A DNA stretch of 58,994 bases from a virus (IMGVR_UViG_3300045778_000157:1-58994), one strand, 5' to 3'. Shown: positions 44,793 to 53,304, counted from the stretch's first letter. Program-made: numbers and translations. Notes: generated from the sequence alone by a model not told the origin.

Positions 44793-46082
44793 ATGAAAAT
44801 CCTGTCGATGAAGGCCGAGAACTTCAAGCGTTTGCGGGCCGTGGAGATCACGCCCAAGTCCGCCGTGGTGGACGTGACGGGCCGCAACGCCCAGGGCAAG
44901 ACCTCGGTGCTGGACGCCATCCTCGCCGCGCTCGGCGGAGAGGGCGAGATCCAGCGCAAGCCGATCCGCGCCGGGGAGGAACAGGCCGTCATCCGCCTCG
45001 ACCTCGGCGACGTCGTGGTCACCCGCACCTTCAAGGCGAAGGAGGACGGCGACTTCACCACCTCGCTGAAGGTCGACGCGACCAACGGCGCCCGCTTCAC
45101 CTCGCCGCAGCACCTGCTGGACAGCCTCGTGGGGCCGCTGTCGTTCGACCCCCTCGCCTTCACCCGCCTCTCCGCCAAGGAACAGGCGGACGGCCTCAAG
45201 CGGCTCGTCAAGGGCTTCGACTTCGCCGCCGCCGACAAGGCGGACAAGGACGACTACGCCAAGCGCACCGACCTCAACCGCGAGGCGAAGCGGCTGCGCT
45301 CGTCCTATTCCTCCATCGTCGTTCCGGCGGACGCTCCCGCCGAGGCGGTTGACGAATCCGCGCTCGTCGCCGAACTCGAAGGCGCGGCCAAGTTCAACGG
45401 CGAACTGGACAAGCGCAAGGCGCGCCGCGTCGAGGCCAACAACCAGATCCGCGCATGGCGCCAGGACGCCGGAAACTTCAACGAGGAAGCCGACAACCTC
45501 CGCATCCGCATCGCCGAACTCGAAGAAGCGGCGAACGCCAACCGCAAGGCGGCGGACGACCTCCAAGACAAGCTGAACGCCGCCGCGCCGCTGCCGGAGG
45601 CGGTGGACGTGTCGCGGGTGGCGCAGATACTCAACGGCGCCCGCGCCGCCAACGCGGCCTTCGCCAAGTCGCAGGAGCGCGGCGAACTCGGCGCACAGGC
45701 CCACAGGGCCGAGACGGACGCGGAAGCCCTGACCAGGGCCATGGAGTCCCGCGCCAAGGCCAAGGCCGAGGCGATCAAGGCGGCGAAGCTGCCGGTGGAA
45801 GGCCTGTCGTTCGACGCGGACGGACTCACTCTCAACGGACTGCCGTTCGAACAGGCCTCCGGCGCCGAACAGCTGCGCGCCTCCATCGCCATCGCGGCCG
45901 CGCAGAACTCCAGGCTGCGGGTGCTGCGCGTGAAGGACGGGAGCCTGTTGGACGCGGACGGCAAGCGCGTCCTCATGCAGTTCGCCCAGGCGAACGACTG
46001 GCAGATCTGGATCGAATCGGTGGACGCGTCCGGCAAGATCGGCTTCGTCATCGAGGACGGCGCCGTGGCTTCGGCGAACTGA
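44793..46082 (+). CDS. SMC/Rad50-like ABC ATPase
   Basis: MKILSMKAENFK, GRNAQGKTS, coiled coil, QASGAE, KDGSLLD. Confidence 0.88.
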   Translation: MKILSMKAENFKRLRAVEITPKSAVVDVTGRNAQGKTSVLDAILAALGGEGEIQRKPIRAGEEQAVIRLDLGDVVVTRTFKAKEDGDFTTSLKVDATNGARFTSPQHLLDSLVGPLSFDPLAFTRLSAKEQADGLKRLVKGFDFAAADKADKDDYAKRTDLNREAKRLRSSYSSIVVPADAPAEAVDESALVAELEGAAKFNGELDKRKARRVEANNQIRAWRQDAGNFNEEADNLRIRIAELEEAANANRKAADDLQDKLNAAAPLPEAVDVSRVAQILNGARAANAAFAKSQERGELGAQAHRAETDAEALTRAMESRAKAKAEAIKAAKLPVEGLSFDADGLTLNGLPFEQASGAEQLRASIAIAAAQNSRLRVLRVKDGSLLDADGKRVLMQFAQANDWQIWIESVDASGKIGFVIEDGAVASAN

Positions 46083-46093
46083 TGGAGGGGAGC

Positions 46094-46348
46094 ATGAAGA
46101 GCGATCTCGTCGATCTGGAACTGGCGGTCCACCACGAAACCGAAAAGGCCGTCCACCACGAAACCGAAAAGGCCGTCCTCGTCTCGGAGACGGGCGACAG
46201 GGCCAAGGCCGTGTGGCTCCCGCTTCAGGCGTGTGAGGTGGAATACAAGCCGATCACCGGCTGCATGGTCGGAGGGCGCAAGCGTCCGTTCCGCCTTGCC
46301 ACGGTGACCATGCGCGAGTCCCTCGCCGTGGAAAAGGGACTCGCATAA
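46094..46348 (+). CDS. Conserved phage hypothetical protein with a 24-bp tandem duplication
   Basis: (VHHETEKA)x2...AVWLPL...AVEKGLA. Confidence 0.7.
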   Translation: MKSDLVDLELAVHHETEKAVHHETEKAVLVSETGDRAKAVWLPLQACEVEYKPITGCMVGGRKRPFRLATVTMRESLAVEKGLA

Positions 46349-46349
46349 A

Positions 46350-46412
46350 GGCAGAAACCTAGGGGGAGCAATCCCCCGATGGTCGCGCCGTCACGCGGCG
46401 CCCGTCGAGGCC
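46350..46412 (+). ncRNA. Type II hammerhead-like element, degenerate copy
   Basis: GAAACC...GGUC, stem I, CCGUCGA-GGCC; core deviates at U4, A6 and pair 10.1-11.1. Confidence 0.4.
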
Positions 46413-46445
46413 AAGCACGTCGGACACAAGCAAGGGGAGCCTATC

Positions 46446-46961
46446 ATGGGCATGTCGGGACTTCAGAACTGCAAACAGGGCGTCTACAACCTCTCCGAAG
46501 GCTCGGAGTGGGCGGACGTCGCGCTGGACGACGCCGCCAACGCCATCGCCGCCAAGTGGAAGGAGATCCACGACTTCGGCGGACTGGACGACGACGAGCG
46601 GCGCATCATGGTCCGCTTCGCCGAACTGTTCCACATGCCGCAGCACGTGTGGGGCCGCATCGAATGGCACTACGAGTTCGACGCGGGCGACTTCCTGTTC
46701 GCCGTGCCGCTCAACGACCGCACCCGCGACGTGACGTTCGCCGACGTCTCCCGCGTCGAGGTGCTGGACGATGAAGGGGAGACCATCGGCTACGTGGCCG
46801 GCGACCTGTTCCGCGCCGTCCAGGCCGCTCCGAGCGGCTGCGACAGGCTCAAGGAACTCGCCTCGTCCCTGCTGACCTTCCACAACACGGGATTCGACAG
46901 CGGGAAAGAGGCCGGCGCGAAGGATCTGCGTTGTAAGCTGCGGAGCCTCCTGGATATCTAG
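46446..46961 (+). CDS. Hypothetical protein
   Basis: 171-aa ORF with RBS. Confidence 0.7.
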   Translation: MGMSGLQNCKQGVYNLSEGSEWADVALDDAANAIAAKWKEIHDFGGLDDDERRIMVRFAELFHMPQHVWGRIEWHYEFDAGDFLFAVPLNDRTRDVTFADVSRVEVLDDEGETIGYVAGDLFRAVQAAPSGCDRLKELASSLLTFHNTGFDSGKEAGAKDLRCKLRSLLDI

Positions 46962-46987
46962 CTATCCGCAACATCGATGGCGCGAAA

Positions 46988-47016
46988 CCGAGGCGGGGTC
47001 GTCCCGCCTCTTTTTA
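46988..47016 (+). terminator. Intrinsic terminator
   Basis: gaggcggg-gtcgt-cccgcctc-TTTTT. Confidence 0.8.
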
Positions 47017-47050
47017 TTCAAGAATCGTTGTCATTGTCCTTAAATAACTG

Positions 47051-47079
47051 TTGACGGTTTCTCCGATCAGATTCATAAA
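47051..47079 (+). promoter_or_regulatory. Sigma70-like promoter
   Basis: TTGACG-N17-CATAAA. Confidence 0.6.
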
Positions 47080-47122
47080 TGGACCGTCGCTGCCAAGAGC
47101 GACGCAGCCAAAGGGAACCCAC

Positions 47123-47359
47123 ATGTATCTCAACGCCACCACCAACCGCTTCGGACTGCCCGTGCCGGAAGGCATGGAATACTCCAAGCTGCACCCCGCC
47201 GACCGCTGCATCCGAGACGCGGACGGCGCGACCGGCCGCGTCCGCGCCCTCGTCTGGCAGGACACCGGCGACATTTCCTTCCTCGTCTACTTCGACAACG
47301 GCGAGAATGCCGTGTGCGGATACGACGCGGTTTCCTCCACCCTCGCGCACAGGAACTGA
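47123..47359 (+). CDS. Small hypothetical protein
   Basis: 78 aa from MYLNAT with RBS agggaa. Confidence 0.6.
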   Translation: MYLNATTNRFGLPVPEGMEYSKLHPADRCIRDADGATGRVRALVWQDTGDISFLVYFDNGENAVCGYDAVSSTLAHRN

Positions 47360-47365
47360 GCCGCC

Positions 47366-48124
47366 ATGAGCAAGCCCGACCTCTTCTTCGACATTGAGAC
47401 CGGCCCGACCGACAACCAGGCCATCATCGACGCGGCCATCGCCGCCATCGAGGCGCCCGCCAACTTCAAGGACGCCGACAAGATCGCCGCCTACAAGGCG
47501 GACAAGGCCGCGTCCGTCATCGACAAGCTCGGCCTGGACGCGACCACGGGCCGCATCGTCTCGCTCGGCTGGGCGGTGAACGCGGACGAGCCTACGGCCA
47601 TCCGCTGCGCTTGCCACCGCGACGAACTGTTCCACGCGGTCGACGGCGCCCAGGTGCTGAGGAACCCGAAGTTCGCCACCACCGATTCGGCGGAGAAGGC
47701 CAACCTCGAACGCTTCTTCCGCCTCGTCGCCGAGCGTCTCGACCGCGACGACGTGGACTCCGACGAGCCGCGCATCGTTGGCCACTACGTCGGCTCGTTC
47801 GACGTCAAGTTCGTGGCGCAGCGCGCCATGATCCTCGGCGCGGCCCTCCCCGCGTGGTGGCCGATGGCCCCGAAGCCGTGGGGCAACGAGATCCTGGACA
47901 CCCGCCTCGTCTGGACGGGCGGCAACAACCAGGAGCATATGAAGCTTGACAAGCTATGCCGCGCCCTCGGCCTCCCCGGCAAGGGCGACGTCGACGGCTC
48001 CGACGTGGCGCGCCTGTTCGCCGAGCGCAAGTTCGACGAGATCCTCGCCTACAACCGAGACGACGTCGCCAAGGTGCAAGCCGTCGTCGCCCGCTTCCGC
48101 ATCGCCTACGGCGACCGCATCTGA
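47366..48124 (+). CDS. DnaQ/RNase H-like 3'-5' exonuclease (DEDDy)
   Basis: FDIET, GHYVGSFD, KLDKLC, YNRDD. Confidence 0.85.
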   Translation: MSKPDLFFDIETGPTDNQAIIDAAIAAIEAPANFKDADKIAAYKADKAASVIDKLGLDATTGRIVSLGWAVNADEPTAIRCACHRDELFHAVDGAQVLRNPKFATTDSAEKANLERFFRLVAERLDRDDVDSDEPRIVGHYVGSFDVKFVAQRAMILGAALPAWWPMAPKPWGNEILDTRLVWTGGNNQEHMKLDKLCRALGLPGKGDVDGSDVARLFAERKFDEILAYNRDDVAKVQAVVARFRIAYGDRI

Positions 48125-48138
48125 CAGGGGTTTCAGCC

Positions 48139-48870
48139 ATGTTCACCAAGGAACAGATCAAGGAACTCCAGGCGCCGTTGAGCCGCCAGAGCGTCAAGAT
48201 CCGCAGCCAGTCGGGCCGCACCCTGTCCTACATCGAAGGATGGCATGCCATCGCCGAGGCCAACAGGATCTTCGGCTTCGAGAACTGGGACCGCTCCACC
48301 GACGAACTGCGCCTCGTCTCCGAGCGCGCCCGCAAGATCGGCAAGGACGCCAAGGACGGATGGAGCGTCAGCTACATCGCCAAGGTCCGCATCACCGTCA
48401 TCGCGGGGGAGCGCGTCGTCGTCCGCGACGGCACGGGCAGCGGCCACGGCATCGACGTGGACTGCGGCCTGGCGCACGAAAGCGCGATCAAGGAAGCCGA
48501 GACGGACGCCATGAAAAGGGCGTTGATGACTTTTGGCAACCCGTTCGGCTTGGCCCTTTACGACAAGGAACAGAGCGACGTCTCGAACGAGTCCACCGCG
48601 CAGCGTCAGGAGCGCGAACAGGCCGCTGAGGCCTACGTGAAGGGCGCGGCCTCGTCCGTCGCCGCCTTCCGCGCCATCCCGCCGCTGAAGGCGTGGTGGG
48701 ACGCCCAGGGGGCCGAGCGCGTCCGCCTCGGCATCCTGAAGGGAACCCCCCACTTCGCCGTCCTGTGGGACGCGTTCGTGGCGAAGGGGTCGGCCCTGAA
48801 GGCCGCTGCCGAAGCCGCGCCCGCCGAGCCGGACGAATACGCCCAGCAGGCGCCGGAAGAGACGTTCTAA
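48139..48870 (+). CDS. Rad52/Rad22-family single-strand annealing protein
   Basis: LSYIEGW...ANRIFGFENW...GTGSG...KEAETDAMKRALMTFGNPFGLALY. Confidence 0.92.
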   Translation: MFTKEQIKELQAPLSRQSVKIRSQSGRTLSYIEGWHAIAEANRIFGFENWDRSTDELRLVSERARKIGKDAKDGWSVSYIAKVRITVIAGERVVVRDGTGSGHGIDVDCGLAHESAIKEAETDAMKRALMTFGNPFGLALYDKEQSDVSNESTAQRQEREQAAEAYVKGAASSVAAFRAIPPLKAWWDAQGAERVRLGILKGTPHFAVLWDAFVAKGSALKAAAEAAPAEPDEYAQQAPEETF

Positions 48871-48872
48871 CA

Positions 48873-48935
48873 GGCCGAAACCTAGGGGGATTCTTCCCCC
48901 GATGGTCTTGCCGTCACGCGGCAACCGACGAGGCC
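48873..48935 (+). ncRNA. Type II hammerhead ribozyme-like element (U4C core variant)
   Basis: GGCC-GAAACC-[stem III]-GGUC-[stem I]-CCGACGA-GGCC. Confidence 0.55.
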
Positions 48936-48966
48936 GTCGGAATTCCACAACACAAGGAAGCTAGTC

Positions 48967-49434
48967 ATGTCGCTCAACAAGTTCACCGCCATCGGCAACC
49001 TCGGGCGCGACCCCGAGGTCCGCAACCTCAACAACGGGAAGAAGGTCGTGTCCTTCAGCCTCGCCACCACCGACAGCTGGAAGGACAAGGCCTCGGGCGA
49101 GTGGAAGAACCACACCGAGTGGCACAACGTCGTGATCTTCAACGAGAACCTCGGCGGCGTCGCAGAGAGGTTCCTGAAGAAGGGGTCCAAGGCCTACATC
49201 GAAGGCAAGCTGAAGACCCGCAAGTTCACCGACAAGAACGGCGCCGAGCGCAGCGTCGTCGAGATCGTCATGGAGGCCTTCAACGGCGCCATCGAACTGC
49301 TGGACAAGAAGGAGGGCGGCTCGGCCCCCGCGCAGCACTCCGACGCGCCCGCCGACGACCGCTCCGCGCCCGCGCAGAAGGCGCAGCCGCAGTCCACGGG
49401 CCGCCTGGCGTCCAACGACGACATCCCGTTCTGA
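48967..49434 (+). CDS. ssb: Single-stranded DNA-binding protein
   Basis: IGNLGRDPE, TEWHNVV, C-terminal DDIPF. Confidence 0.97.
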   Translation: MSLNKFTAIGNLGRDPEVRNLNNGKKVVSFSLATTDSWKDKASGEWKNHTEWHNVVIFNENLGGVAERFLKKGSKAYIEGKLKTRKFTDKNGAERSVVEIVMEAFNGAIELLDKKEGGSAPAQHSDAPADDRSAPAQKAQPQSTGRLASNDDIPF

Positions 49435-49498
49435 CGGCCTAGCTTAAGCAACCGGAGGGGGAGCGATCCCCCTCTTCTCGATCCAAGGTAAAACGCCG

Positions 49499-49822
49499 AT
49501 GACCACAAGGGAACAATTCGAGGCGATGCCGTCGCGGGAACAGGTGGAGACGCTTGCCGCGATGCGCCGCGGCGGCGCCAAGTTCGCCGAACTGTGCGAG
49601 GTTTCCGGCCTCGCCCACAGCATCGTCCGCCGCGTCCTGCGCGCCCAGGACAAGAAGCTCGTCGGGCAGTATCTGCGCCGCCGCTACGACCACAAGGAGG
49701 CCTTCGCCATGGCCCGCGCCGGATACACCAGCCGCATGATCGGCTCGGTGTTCGGGGTGAGCCACAACGCCGTCCTCAAGACCATCCGCCGCATGGAGAG
49801 CCGCAATGTCCGCACTGCTTGA
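49499..49822 (+). CDS. Double HTH protein
   Basis: FAELCEVSGLAHSIV and TSRMIGSVFGVSHNAV. Confidence 0.65.
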   Translation: MTTREQFEAMPSREQVETLAAMRRGGAKFAELCEVSGLAHSIVRRVLRAQDKKLVGQYLRRRYDHKEAFAMARAGYTSRMIGSVFGVSHNAVLKTIRRMESRNVRTA

Positions 49823-50138
49823 AGCCGTCGAAGCCGCCGTCCTCGAAGCCGAGTCGGCCGAACTGTCGATCCGCGACGTGGACGGGCAGTCGTGCCTCGC
49901 CATCACCTTCGACTTCGGCGAGAATTCCGAGCCGTCCTGCGCCGTCCACGTCCTGTCGGTGATGAACGCGCTTCTCGTCGCGGGCGCGCTCACCGCCAAA
50001 TACGCGGGGAAGGACGGCGACGACGCGCTCTACGTCACCACCTTCTCGGCCCGCGTCGTCAAGGCGGCGAACACCGTGGCGCGCCGCGCCCTGGACTTCT
50101 CCATCGCCGACGCGACGGCCATCGCCAAGAGGACGTGA
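49806..50138 (+). CDS. Hypothetical protein
   Basis: 110-aa coupled ORF. Confidence 0.55.
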   Translation: MSALLEAVEAAVLEAESAELSIRDVDGQSCLAITFDFGENSEPSCAVHVLSVMNALLVAGALTAKYAGKDGDDALYVTTFSARVVKAANTVARRALDFSIADATAIAKRT

Positions 50139-50485
50139 TGGAACAGATCGACCTCTTCCCCGCCGACTCGGCGATGGAACACCGCTACGGGCCGGACTGG
50201 GCCGAGCGGACGCAGGACGAGGTCCGCGCAGAGGCCTTCGACGTCGGCCTGTCGCTCAAGCGCACCCCGGACGGCAAGTGGTGGGGCGGCTGGACGTTCG
50301 CCACGCCGCGCCTCTCCATCGGCAACGGGAGCGGCGCCGTCATGATCGGCCCGTTCGCTTCCCGCGCCGAAACGGTCGACGACCTCGCCAGGAGCGTCCT
50401 CCTGCGCGTCCAGCGGCGGCACAGGGTCCAAGGCGCCACGGTGGTTGGATGGCTCGTCTCCGTCCGCAACAGAACCAGGAACTGA
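50138..50485 (+). CDS. Hypothetical protein
   Basis: 115 aa from MEQIDLF; TGATG-coupled. Confidence 0.55.
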   Translation: MEQIDLFPADSAMEHRYGPDWAERTQDEVRAEAFDVGLSLKRTPDGKWWGGWTFATPRLSIGNGSGAVMIGPFASRAETVDDLARSVLLRVQRRHRVQGATVVGWLVSVRNRTRN

Positions 50486-50496
50486 GGGAGAGCGAC

Positions 50497-51183
50497 ATGC
50501 AATGGTCACCCCAACAGGCTGACGCGCTGAAGCGGGTCGGCGAGTGGCTGAAGGACAGGAGCGGCCCCCAGGTGTTCCGCCTGTTCGGCTTCGCGGGCAG
50601 CGGCAAGACCACGCTTGCCATCCACCTCGCGCAGGACGTGTGCGGCTCCGTCGTCTACGGCGCCTTCACGGGCAAGGGCGCGCTCGACCCCGCGTGGGTG
50701 ACGGGCGCCGATCAGGTTCTCGTCGGACGCAACGCCACCCGCCGCCGCTACAACCGCCGCTTGCGCGAGATCGCCGGACACGTCGGCCTGTTCCCGCAGA
50801 AGGGCGAGAAGCTCGTGTGCCTGAAGAACAGCAAGAAAAAAGGCCTGTTGAACGGCGAACTGTTCACGGCGGGATCCAACGCCCGCGACAGGAAGGGCAA
50901 GGTCCACCTGTCCGTGCTGTCCGAGGACGGGACGCCGCGCAAGGTCGTGGTGCTGCGCCAGTTCTTCGACGTCTCCGACGTGGCGGAGATCCCCTACAAG
51001 GAACGGCGCGGATCGGACGAGTTCGATTACGGCTACGCCATGACGGTCCACAAGTCGCAGGGGTCGCAATGGGACGAGGTGTGCCTGTTCGACGAGAGCG
51101 CGGCGTTCCGCGACATGTCGCACCGCTGGGCCTACACGGGGATCACCCGCGCCGCCAAGAGACTCACCGTGGTCGTCGATTAG
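50497..51183 (+). CDS. RecD/Dda-like SF1B helicase with a large internal in-frame deletion
   Basis: GFAGSGKTT and AFTGKGA join directly to DQVLVGRN...YAMTVHKSQGS...YTGITRA; no Walker B. Confidence 0.75.
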   Translation: MQWSPQQADALKRVGEWLKDRSGPQVFRLFGFAGSGKTTLAIHLAQDVCGSVVYGAFTGKGALDPAWVTGADQVLVGRNATRRRYNRRLREIAGHVGLFPQKGEKLVCLKNSKKKGLLNGELFTAGSNARDRKGKVHLSVLSEDGTPRKVVVLRQFFDVSDVAEIPYKERRGSDEFDYGYAMTVHKSQGSQWDEVCLFDESAAFRDMSHRWAYTGITRAAKRLTVVVD

Positions 51184-51192
51184 GAGGGAAAG

Positions 51193-51315
51193 ATGCTGTT
51201 CATCGCAACGTTAGCCGCCGCCGTGTTCTGCGCCGTCTACGCGCTTCTCAACGGCCTGTTCTACGCCGTCAAGGTCGCCAACAGGATTCAGTCCAGGCGG
51301 AGTCCGAAGGACTGA
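51193..51315 (+). CDS. Small membrane peptide
   Basis: 40 aa, strong RBS (ggaggga), hydrophobic N-half. Confidence 0.45.
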   Translation: MLFIATLAAAVFCAVYALLNGLFYAVKVANRIQSRRSPKD

Positions 51316-51370
51316 AGCCACACGCGCCACATCACGGCGCCGAACATGTAGAGGGCGAGGGGGGCGGGCA

Positions 51371-51847
51371 TCACGGGTGCGCCGCCCCGCTGCCGTTCCA
51401 GCCGAGGTAGTGCAGGAGTCCGGCCATGCCGAGGGCCGAGAGGACGGGGCCGATCACGGCGATGACGCGCCACGCGCCCTTGGCCTCGGCGATCTTCAGC
51501 GCGGTCTCCTGCTTGAACGTCGCCAGGTCATTGGCGAGTTCGGCGATCTTGGCGTCCCGCGCCGCGTTCTCCGTGTTGGCGCGCACCCGCTCGGCCTCGG
51601 AGGACTTGCGCTCGGTCTCGCCGTCGCGCTCCCACCTGTCGATGCGGGCGGAGACGGAGCCGATCTGCTGCGTCACCGCGTCGAGGGAGGCGAACACCCG
51701 CACCCACTTGGCGTCGTCAACCGTCCTGTCGGAGCGGAGGTCGGACACCACTTGTTTCAGGACGGCGACAGCCGCGAAGAGATTCTGTTCCGACATTTCC
51801 ATTTCCACGGTCTGCTGCCTCTGCGCGTTGCTGTTCATGTCACTCAC
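51371..51847 (-). CDS. Coiled-coil protein with C-terminal TM (lysis-cassette associated)
   Basis: 158 aa after the spanins; WRVIAVIGPVLSALGMAGLLHYL. Confidence 0.65.
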   Translation of the reverse strand: MSDMNSNAQRQQTVEMEMSEQNLFAAVAVLKQVVSDLRSDRTVDDAKWVRVFASLDAVTQQIGSVSARIDRWERDGETERKSSEAERVRANTENAARDAKIAELANDLATFKQETALKIAEAKGAWRVIAVIGPVLSALGMAGLLHYLGWNGSGAAHP

Positions 51848-52118
51848 CGTTCAAGCGCGAATGGAACGCCCCGTCGCGGACGAGCCTATCATTGGCCTTG
51901 GCAAGGCAAGCCCACGTTTCGGCATAGAGGTTCTTGGCGTCCGCCCCGACGCGTGGCCTTCCCTGCGGGCAGGGAACGGGCTTGGCGAAGTCCGTGGGTG
52001 GCCTAGGAGCCGACACGTCCAGCCCTCCGCCCGACAGGCCGCAGCCGCCTAACGTCGCCGCCAGAGAGAGCGCAAGGGGAAGGGACGCGAACCGTGCGAT
52101 AGACGATCTGCGGGGCAT
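51840..52118 (-). CDS. Outer-membrane spanin (Rz1-like lipoprotein)
   Basis: Lipobox LGGC; Pro-rich; overlaps the i-spanin. Confidence 0.7.
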   Translation of the reverse strand: MPRRSSIARFASLPLALSLAATLGGCGLSGGGLDVSAPRPPTDFAKPVPCPQGRPRVGADAKNLYAETWACLAKANDRLVRDGAFHSRLNGE

Positions 52119-52461
52119 TGGGAGTGTCCTTCTGTTGAGTCGCGGCGACGGGAGGCATGGCGACTGAGACGCGGTTCCAACGCTCGAAGTCGCGCACCGC
52201 CGTGGCGTCGGCCGATTCGGCCACCGCGTCCGCAGCGGCGTCCTTCTCCGTCTCGGCCACGGCCTTCTGCCCCCGCACCTCGGCGGCGGCGTGAATCGCC
52301 GCGTCCTTCGTCTCCACGCGGGATTCTCCGGCCTCGAACACGACGCCGAGGACGACGAGGATCAGCCCGAGGGCCACGCAGAACGCGACGAGAGGGGCAA
52401 CGGCGTTGGACAGCCACCCCGCTATTTTCGTCCACAATCCGGCGAACAGGAGCGCAAGCAT
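52003..52461 (-). CDS. Inner-membrane spanin (Rz-like)
   Basis: N-terminal TM followed by an Ala-rich helix; directly after the endolysin. Confidence 0.7.
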   Translation of the reverse strand: MLALLFAGLWTKIAGWLSNAVAPLVAFCVALGLILVVLGVVFEAGESRVETKDAAIHAAAEVRGQKAVAETEKDAAADAVAESADATAVRDFERWNRVSVAMPPVAATQQKDTPNAPQIVYRTVRVPSPCALSGGDVRRLRPVGRRAGRVGS

Positions 52462-52470
52462 GTCCGCTCC

Positions 52471-53304
52471 TTAAACCTGATCGTGGGAGAGTTTCTGCCA
52501 CCTGTCCCACACGATGCCGGAGACGATGGCGACGGACAGGGCGACGACGCCCCACGTGACGAACTGCGGGCCGAGGTGGGCGAGTCCGGCCACCCGCTGC
52601 GCCGTGTCGTGGACGGCCTGGGCCTGATCCAGCGTGTTGTTCACCGCGCCGGTCGTGCCGGAGGCCATGCCGGACACGGCGCCGATGGAGATCCCGCCCT
52701 GGAGCACGGACCCCCACGCCACCTTCGACGTCGGGAGCGGCTTGACGGGCGGCGGGTTGGACGCGGCCTGGGGCGCGCCGCCCTCGTCGTCGCGGACCTT
52801 CTCGTATTCCGCCGCGTCGAGAAGCCCGTGCGCCGCGTCGTGGCCTGACAGGAACAGGGACTTTTCCGCCCTGCGGCGGACGTAGAGGCCGTTCGAGGTC
52901 TTGCCGCGGACCTTGTCGAAGAACAGGATCGCCGACGCCGCGCCATCGTCGTCGCCGTTGTTGAAGCGGCGCAAGGCGGTGGACTTGCCGAACGCGCCGA
53001 GGCCGATGTTGTAGGCCAGCGACATGAAGGCGTCCCACTGGGTCTTCGTCGGCTGACGCTTGAGGAGCTTGACGAGGCGCGAGGCCAAGTGCGCCATGTC
53101 GTCCTGGAAGATCGCCAGGCTCTGCGCCTTCGTGATCTCGTCGCCGGGGCCGAACTTGAAGCCGCCCGCCATGTTGGTGTGGCCGCGTCCGATGGTCAGG
53201 ACTCCGGCTGGGCAGCGGTAGGCGATCAGCTTGTCGCCCTCGAAGCGGGTGTCGAGTTTCGTCAAGGCCTCGTCGAGCGGGTAGCCGTGGATGTTGTCCG
53301 ACAT
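52471..53304 (-). CDS. GH24 lysozyme endolysin with C-terminal membrane segments
   Basis: E-X8-C-X5-T (EGDKLIAYRCPAGVLT), AYNIGLGAF, GLYVRRRAEKSLF; start at MSDNIH. Confidence 0.9.
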   Translation of the reverse strand: MSDNIHGYPLDEALTKLDTRFEGDKLIAYRCPAGVLTIGRGHTNMAGGFKFGPGDEITKAQSLAIFQDDMAHLASRLVKLLKRQPTKTQWDAFMSLAYNIGLGAFGKSTALRRFNNGDDDGAASAILFFDKVRGKTSNGLYVRRRAEKSLFLSGHDAAHGLLDAAEYEKVRDDEGGAPQAASNPPPVKPLPTSKVAWGSVLQGGISIGAVSGMASGTTGAVNNTLDQAQAVHDTAQRVAGLAHLGPQFVTWGVVALSVAIVSGIVWDRWQKLSHDQV

